Source of the DNA: Euryarchaeota archaeon UBA487
Lineage (GTDB): Archaea; Thermoplasmatota; Poseidoniia; Poseidoniales; Thalassarchaeaceae
Direction of reading: 5' to 3'
Assembly: GCA_002505695.1 (NCBI GenBank)
Contig: DAVU01000013.1
Coordinates: 95,852-159,851, forward strand
Length of the DNA stretch: 64,000 bases
Of this stretch, positions 58,561-64,000 are shown one piece after another. The notes below the pieces were generated by a model, which saw only the letters and a program-made list of their open reading frames with translations, searched no databases and was not told the DNA's origin. Both the position numbers and the translations under genes were made by a program. Within the stretch, counting starts at the first letter, position 1. Every line of letters begins with the position of its first letter.

Positions 58561-59633
58561 GCGACGAGCACCATGACCACCATCCCAGCCCATGGGGACC
58601 CCATGATTGGAGTCACGGGGCTCCGCACAACTCATACGCGCCGATTGTGATGAGCATTGGAATAGGATTGTTCCTATTCGTATTCGCAGGCATGTTTGAC
58701 TATGATCTGGAGCTATCGGAGCATGTTTACACCGGTGAAGGGCTGATATGGATGTTCGTCGCTATCATCATAACTAGCATAGGGATGTTCGTCTTCTGGC
58801 GGCAGGATCTTTCATTCGATGGAACATACGAACCACTTGCCACTGGTTCCCCGTTCAGGAATATCCAGATACGAAAGGTTGGGATGTTCGTATTCCTAAT
58901 GTCTGAAATGATGGTTTTCACATCGTTGTTCAGCACTTACATGAGGTATCGGCTTGGCCTTAGAAGATGCGACGATGTTTTTGCAGACGGTCTCTTCGAT
59001 CCCGTCACGAATCCAACTGGCTGGCAGGAGGCCGTTCCTGTGACCTGCTTTGAGCCAGCGAGCCACCTGATTGCGTCAAGCTGGTGGCATCTCGCACCCG
59101 GTGCTGTGAACACTTTCGCCTTGATCATATCATCATTTACAATTGTCCAAGCGCTAAGATACGCGAAGAAAACAGACATAGACGAGGAGCTGAGAAGAAG
59201 GAGAGTAACTATGTTCCTTGGAACTACCTGGGTACTTGCCATACTCTTCCTAACCCTGAAGATGGTAGAATGGTTTGTCGGCTTCTACATTCCAGATCTC
59301 GGTTTCATACACGAGCATGAGATCAAATCTCTGGTGGCGGAAGGTTATACCATCGGAGCAGACCACTATCAACACCATTCCTACGTAGATGAGGCAACAG
59401 GCGCTCACATGACTGCAAACATTAGGGTGTCTGCATCGACATTCTACGTCACGACAGGTACTCATGGTGCCCACGTGGCAGGAGGGATAATCGGGCTTAC
59501 CTACATGACCTACAAGGCTTGGAGGGGGGGCTACACCCCAACAAATGCCGTCTCTATCGAGTACTTCGGCCTTTACTGGCACTTCGTTGATCTGGTATGG
59601 GTCATTGTCTTCCCGTTCTTCTATCTGTACTGA
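58557..59633 (+). CDS. coxC: Cytochrome c oxidase subunit III (probable CTG start)
   Basis: FLMSEMMVF, NTFALIISSFT, TGTHGAHV, LYWHFVDLVW. Frame open back to CTG 58557 behind SD GGAGGTGA. Confidence 0.92.
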   Translation: MSDEHHDHHPSPWGPHDWSHGAPHNSYAPIVMSIGIGLFLFVFAGMFDYDLELSEHVYTGEGLIWMFVAIIITSIGMFVFWRQDLSFDGTYEPLATGSPFRNIQIRKVGMFVFLMSEMMVFTSLFSTYMRYRLGLRRCDDVFADGLFDPVTNPTGWQEAVPVTCFEPASHLIASSWWHLAPGAVNTFALIISSFTIVQALRYAKKTDIDEELRRRRVTMFLGTTWVLAILFLTLKMVEWFVGFYIPDLGFIHEHEIKSLVAEGYTIGADHYQHHSYVDEATGAHMTANIRVSASTFYVTTGTHGAHVAGGIIGLTYMTYKAWRGGYTPTNAVSIEYFGLYWHFVDLVWVIVFPFFYLY

Positions 59634-59643
59634 GGTGAAATTA

Positions 59644-60006
59644 ATGGCAAATTACAAAATTCTTGGAAGAGATCCATACTGGATGAATTTCTATGGTCTG
59701 ATGATACTCACTGCTATCGAGGTGGGTGCTGTTGGCGCTGACATGAGTTCAACCGCTGAGGCCCTCAATATGTCAGAAGATGGGATCACCCTCTGGATCC
59801 TGACAATCATTGCAATACCGAAGTTCTTCATGATAGCCGCAATTTTCATGCATTTGTATGGCGATCCCGATTCAGGCATTCTGACGATGACCGCGTTGTT
59901 TCCGGCCTTCTTCATAATCATCATGATACTCTTCATTGGTCTTACTCATCCAGACGCAGCTACAGGTCTACCAGCTTGGTGTAGACCAGGGACATGGGGC
60001 CTCTGA
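59644..60006 (+). CDS. coxD: Cytochrome c oxidase subunit IV
   Basis: 3 TM helices, LTAIEV, K...IAAIFMHL; SD GAGGTGA; last gene of the cox operon. Confidence 0.85.
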   Translation: MANYKILGRDPYWMNFYGLMILTAIEVGAVGADMSSTAEALNMSEDGITLWILTIIAIPKFFMIAAIFMHLYGDPDSGILTMTALFPAFFIIIMILFIGLTHPDAATGLPAWCRPGTWGL

Positions 60007-60050
60007 GACCTGTAAGGTTCATTCGTCGAGTATGCTTCCGAGGGACTGCT

Positions 60051-60136
60051 GCAGACGTCGCATAGCCTGGTATTGCGCCGGATTTGAAATCCGGTGTCCC
60101 TTGGACTCGGGAGTTCGAATCTCTCCGTCTGCGCCA
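60051..60136 (+). tRNA. tRNA-Ser(TGA)
   Basis: Acceptor GCAGACG/CGTCTGC, anticodon arm CCGGA-TTTGAAA-TCCGG, long variable arm, GTTCGAATC, G discriminator plus CCA. Confidence 0.96.
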
Positions 60137-61165
60137 TTACAAATTAGGAGCGGTGGGGCCTCCTCGTACTAGGAGTTGATTTTTCTTGAATTCAAATTTG
60201 ACGGGAGTCGTCATAGAGATCTCTCCGTCCAAACTAATGAACAAAGGGGGGTCATGGCCATGTTCTTCTGTTGGATCTCCATGCCTGTCAAGAGCCTTGA
60301 TCTCGAATGTTCCGCAAGGCTCCATTGTTATCTTGTTCCACTTACCGACGTGCTTCCCCTTCTCTAAAGGCCCCATAACCCTAAGCATCTGACCTTTTGA
60401 AAGGCCGAAGCCGAGTACGATGCTTGCACTATCTCGAAATGGGTGCATCCCTGGTGCAACCTTGTACCCTCCGCCGAAGGTCTCTGCTTGCATCATCGCA
60501 AATAAGCCGGTCAAGTCCACCTTTCTTCCAGGGTTATCATTTACTTTGATCCAAGCCATCTGACTCTTCCATCCAAGTATTGCCCTAATCGCCAAGAAGG
60601 TGTACTTCTTTTGTCCGCTAATCCATGAAAAATGGCCTTCATCCTTCATTCTGTTTATCGAAGATGTGACACCCCCATCACATTCCAAAAAGGCCCATCT
60701 GACAATATTCCCTGACCTAGATGGCTTGCCAGTCACATCATAATGCTTGGGGGGTGGTATGTCAGGATGCTCTGGAGCTCTGAGGCCTTCGACTCTGATT
60801 GCTCCGACGGAATAGTCACGGCCAGTCTTTAGCAACGCCGCCGCACCTGGTAGATCATCTAATGGAATGCCTATCGCCCGGGCGAAGTCGTCACCGTTGC
60901 CCATGGGGATTATGCCCATCCTCTTACTAGATCCCCTCAATCCGTTTGCAACTTCATGTACAGTCCCGTCACCGCCGACTGCGACAATCAAATCATGTTT
61001 GGATTCCCGGAGATTCGAGGCGATTTCTATAGCATGTCCCCTTCCCTCTGTCAGGTTTACTTCAAATTCAATTCCCAGTGACTCTAATTCATTCTGAACC
61101 TTCATGAGATTTTTTCCTAATTTCCCGTCTCTGGCGTGGGGATTCACTATGCAGGCTACATGCAT
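60137..61165 (-). CDS. Diacylglycerol/lipid kinase family protein (YegS/BmrU-like)
   Basis: IVNPHA, GGDGTVHEVANG, PMGNGDDFA, FGGG, LDGE. Confidence 0.92.
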   Translation of the reverse strand: MHVACIVNPHARDGKLGKNLMKVQNELESLGIEFEVNLTEGRGHAIEIASNLRESKHDLIVAVGGDGTVHEVANGLRGSSKRMGIIPMGNGDDFARAIGIPLDDLPGAAALLKTGRDYSVGAIRVEGLRAPEHPDIPPPKHYDVTGKPSRSGNIVRWAFLECDGGVTSSINRMKDEGHFSWISGQKKYTFLAIRAILGWKSQMAWIKVNDNPGRKVDLTGLFAMMQAETFGGGYKVAPGMHPFRDSASIVLGFGLSKGQMLRVMGPLEKGKHVGKWNKITMEPCGTFEIKALDRHGDPTEEHGHDPPLFISLDGEISMTTPVKFEFKKNQLLVRGGPTAPNL

Positions 61166-61241
61166 CGGTGGTCCCACGTGAGCATGAAGACTTCAAGGCC
61201 TCGATGCGAGAAGTGATGTGTGTGAACCGATTGGACATTGC

Positions 61242-62315
61242 ATGGGCGAGGAGGATTTCATGCAGAGAGCCATTGAAATCGCCGAGAGGGGGAGGGGGAA
61301 AGTTCAGCCAAACCCCTTGGTAGGTTGCGTCCTAGTTCGTGATGGGAAGATAATCGCAGAAGGATGGCATGGCAACATCGGGGGATTTCATGCAGAACAG
61401 GCTGCTATAGCAGATGCAGAGGAGCGGGGCATCGCCACCAGTGGATCGACCGCATATGTGACTCTGGAGCCTTGCAACCATCATGGTAGGACGCCGCCTT
61501 GTACAGAGGCACTGCTATGGGCTGGAGTTGACCGTGTGGTTGTTGGTGCACTTGACCCAAATCCTACCGTCAGAGGAGGGGGAATGTCGGCTCTAAGAGA
61601 TGTTGGAGTTCATGTTGAAAATGGCCTGTTGGAGAAGGAATGTAAAGACCAGATGAGGGAATTTATTCACTGGTGTGAACATAGGAAACCATTCGTCACA
61701 CTAAAGGCCGCAATCGATGCTCGAGGAAGGGTTGATTCTGATAGAAACAAACCATCAATGCGTTTTACTTCCCCGTCGTCCATTGAGAAATCGCATTTGT
61801 TGAGATCAGAAAACATGGGGATCCTTGTGGGAGTTGACACTGTAATCAGAGATGACCCGGTGCTTACTGCCAGGAATGTCGGTGCCCAGATTCAGCCAAC
61901 TCGAATAGTGATTGACCCGTTGGGAAGAATGCCCGAGGATTGTAAGCTTCTGAATGATGGGGCGACGAAGACTATGGTAATCCACTCGAAAAAGGTGGAA
62001 ATGAATGACCTTGATCATGTCGAGAGGTACGTAATCCCCTCAGTGAATGATGATATCGATGTGAATAGAATTCTACAACTTATTGGGGATCTTGGCATAC
62101 AATCGATTATCGTCGAGGGGGGCCCAACGACTTGGAAGAAATTCATACAACATGACGCCGTTGATGCCGCCATTCTGATTCAAAGCCCGAAGGATCTACA
62201 GAGTGGGGAAGTCAATGTCTTTGGAGAGGGTGATTTACTCAATGTGAACCTAGTAATGTCCTCGCATGAAATGAGTGGCCCTGATAAAATCACATATTGG
62301 TCCCGGACTCTGTGA
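61242..62315 (+). CDS. ribD: Bifunctional riboflavin biosynthesis deaminase/reductase
   Basis: PNPLVGC, HAE, LEPCNHHGRTPPC, DDPVLTAR, VEGG. Confidence 0.95.
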   Translation: MGEEDFMQRAIEIAERGRGKVQPNPLVGCVLVRDGKIIAEGWHGNIGGFHAEQAAIADAEERGIATSGSTAYVTLEPCNHHGRTPPCTEALLWAGVDRVVVGALDPNPTVRGGGMSALRDVGVHVENGLLEKECKDQMREFIHWCEHRKPFVTLKAAIDARGRVDSDRNKPSMRFTSPSSIEKSHLLRSENMGILVGVDTVIRDDPVLTARNVGAQIQPTRIVIDPLGRMPEDCKLLNDGATKTMVIHSKKVEMNDLDHVERYVIPSVNDDIDVNRILQLIGDLGIQSIIVEGGPTTWKKFIQHDAVDAAILIQSPKDLQSGEVNVFGEGDLLNVNLVMSSHEMSGPDKITYWSRTL

Positions 62316-64000
62316 CCAACTCAGCCTCATATGATTTGGGTCCTCGACTGAGGATCAGAAATGAGCCGGCTACGCCCACGATCAGTAGGATAATCACTAC
62401 AGCGACTATTAATGTCAAAATTCCGATACCTGATTCAGAAAGGAATGTGCTTTCTTTGTTGTATTCCGGAACGAGGCTCTCGTCATAGACTGGTCTTAGC
62501 ATTACGAGGTCATTGGCAGAGGAGGGGTCATAGAGATCGGAGGGCGGTGCTGGATCTAGATCGGAGTATCCATCATTCCGTAGGGGAACCTCCACGAGAA
62601 TATCCGAGGTCACATCCAAAGTGAGTAGAACATCTACGGTATACGGGACCCTCGGCTCTAAGAACTCTGATCCTGACAATATCGAGTTGAATGGCAGAGA
62701 TATCGCAGTTCCCGTGACGTCGAACTCTGTCCATTTACCCCAATGCTCCTGACTGACGTCCAGTTGTATGAAGATCGTGTCCCCCACTACTGTACCCTGG
62801 CCTTGAGCGTCGTCATTACCATCCGAACCAAGGTCCACATTAGGCCTGATTTGTGCGACCTGGGCTGTATTGGAATCCCATCCAAGCGAGCTGAATGATA
62901 TCTGCATCTCAAATGTTCCATTAGGGACCCAGACGTGATGCCTGTCATCCGTGGAATAGGTCCCGAAGGTACTAGTCGGGCCGTTGTTGAAATGGCTCCA
63001 CTCTCCTTTCCAAGCATGTCTTAGCTGATCGGTCCTCAGGGGTATCTCCCTGGTATCCATTATATCCTCATAGTGTGCAAATGCATCCCAGACAGTTGCT
63101 CCTGGATTGTCCACGAAACCATCCTCATCAGGATCCCTCATAATCTGCAATGTTCGTGCGAGGGCCAGGGCCTTGTCTGTGTCCACCAAGCCGTGCCCAA
63201 CCCTCCAGTCGTGACACATCCCAGTATTTGATGAAAGGTAGCACTCTTCTGGTATGTTGTCGCATGGATCATCTTCATTCCCATCCTCGCATGAGTTCTT
63301 CACAATTTCATAGTTAGAAGTTAGTTCAAGTATCAACTCCACCTCATGTACCCGTGATTCATTCCTCTGGTTCCAATCCTCAAATTGAAGGCCTTTCGGA
63401 CTGGCATCAAAGTACTGACTCTGACCTTCATCATGATCCTCGATCTGATACTCTGCTACTCCGAGTGACGGTGCTGCAGCAATGAGTAAAGTCGCGATCC
63501 CGCCTATGTGGGGGGTTGCCATGCTAGTTCCAGAGATTGCCATGTAGTACAAGTCCCCTTGTGCGGTGGTTGATGCATCGATTGCAGTGCCTCTGGGAGC
63601 AGTGGCCCAAATGTTCCTGCCCGGGGCCCCGAGATCAGGCCACGTATGTTGCTGAGTCGACCAACCTCTACTTGAGAAGGAGGTTACGGCTCCCCCATCG
63701 TGTGTCAAGGCGGCAATTGAAATTGCACTTGGGGTATTAGCATAGACGTTGGTTCTGAGATCATCTTCACCCTCTTCTCCACTGCCCCCCGAGTTTGAAG
63801 CTGCGAAAATGACTGCAACTCCATTGTCATAAGTGAGCATGTCGGTAAGTAGGGTCACAGCGTTGTTTGGATTGTAGTCGCCATTGGTACCCCATGAATT
63901 TGATACCACCCTGATGTTGTATTCGTTCAAGCCCGGTCTACTGTGCTGATAGGTCCACTCTAATCCTTCGACTGCAGCAAAAATAGATGCTCCGTCACCC
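62290..64000 (-). CDS. Membrane-anchored S8 serine peptidase, N-terminus beyond window edge
   Basis: VSNSWG, FAASN, FSSRG, PDLGAPG, SGTSMATPH, C-terminal TM. Frame open to the window end. Confidence 0.92.
   Translation of the reverse strand, partial: GDGASIFAAVEGLEWTYQHSRPGLNEYNIRVVSNSWGTNGDYNPNNAVTLLTDMLTYDNGVAVIFAASNSGGSGEEGEDDLRTNVYANTPSAISIAALTHDGGAVTSFSSRGWSTQQHTWPDLGAPGRNIWATAPRGTAIDASTTAQGDLYYMAISGTSMATPHIGGIATLLIAAAPSLGVAEYQIEDHDEGQSQYFDASPKGLQFEDWNQRNESRVHEVELILELTSNYEIVKNSCEDGNEDDPCDNIPEECYLSSNTGMCHDWRVGHGLVDTDKALALARTLQIMRDPDEDGFVDNPGATVWDAFAHYEDIMDTREIPLRTDQLRHAWKGEWSHFNNGPTSTFGTYSTDDRHHVWVPNGTFEMQISFSSLGWDSNTAQVAQIRPNVDLGSDGNDDAQGQGTVVGDTIFIQLDVSQEHWGKWTEFDVTGTAISLPFNSILSGSEFLEPRVPYTVDVLLTLDVTSDILVEVPLRNDGYSDLDPAPPSDLYDPSSANDLVMLRPVYDESLVPEYNKESTFLSESGIGILTLIVAVVIILLIVGVAGSFLILSRGPKSYEAELVTESGTNM

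Overview
Gene-dense, roughly 48% GC archaeal chromosome segment. It most likely comes from a Marine Group II euryarchaeote (Ca. Poseidoniales, Thermoplasmatota). This is inferred from the archaeal information-processing genes (EF-1alpha, aIF5B, S8e, SRP19, Sec61beta, GINS, PolB, thermosome) together with a bacterial-type ThrRS, many membrane-anchored proteases and surface proteins, and an A1-type heme-copper oxidase operon. The window holds about 56 CDSs and two tRNAs (Leu-CAA, Ser-TGA). I saw no rRNA, CRISPR array, IS element or prophage. Most notable observations: (1) cytochrome c oxidase subunit I carries an N-terminal exported Reeler/choice-of-anchor-V-like domain with a CxCH motif, a possible built-in redox module. 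(2) A membrane-anchored SAP-domain protein sits next to a Soj-type ParA (no ParB in the window) and near XerA, a candidate chromosome-membrane tethering/segregation system. (3) A self-complementary TT[CG]AA promoter box recurs 29-31 nt upstream of many start codons, implying leaderless mRNAs; one copy is bidirectional and one is triplicated by a 12-bp tandem repeat. (4) coxC appears to start at CTG. (5) A fasciclin-cupredoxin surface protein contains a high-GC swapped module. Many start codons were moved downstream of the ORF-track starts using protein context and the promoter box. All family calls come from motif recognition by eye, not database searches.
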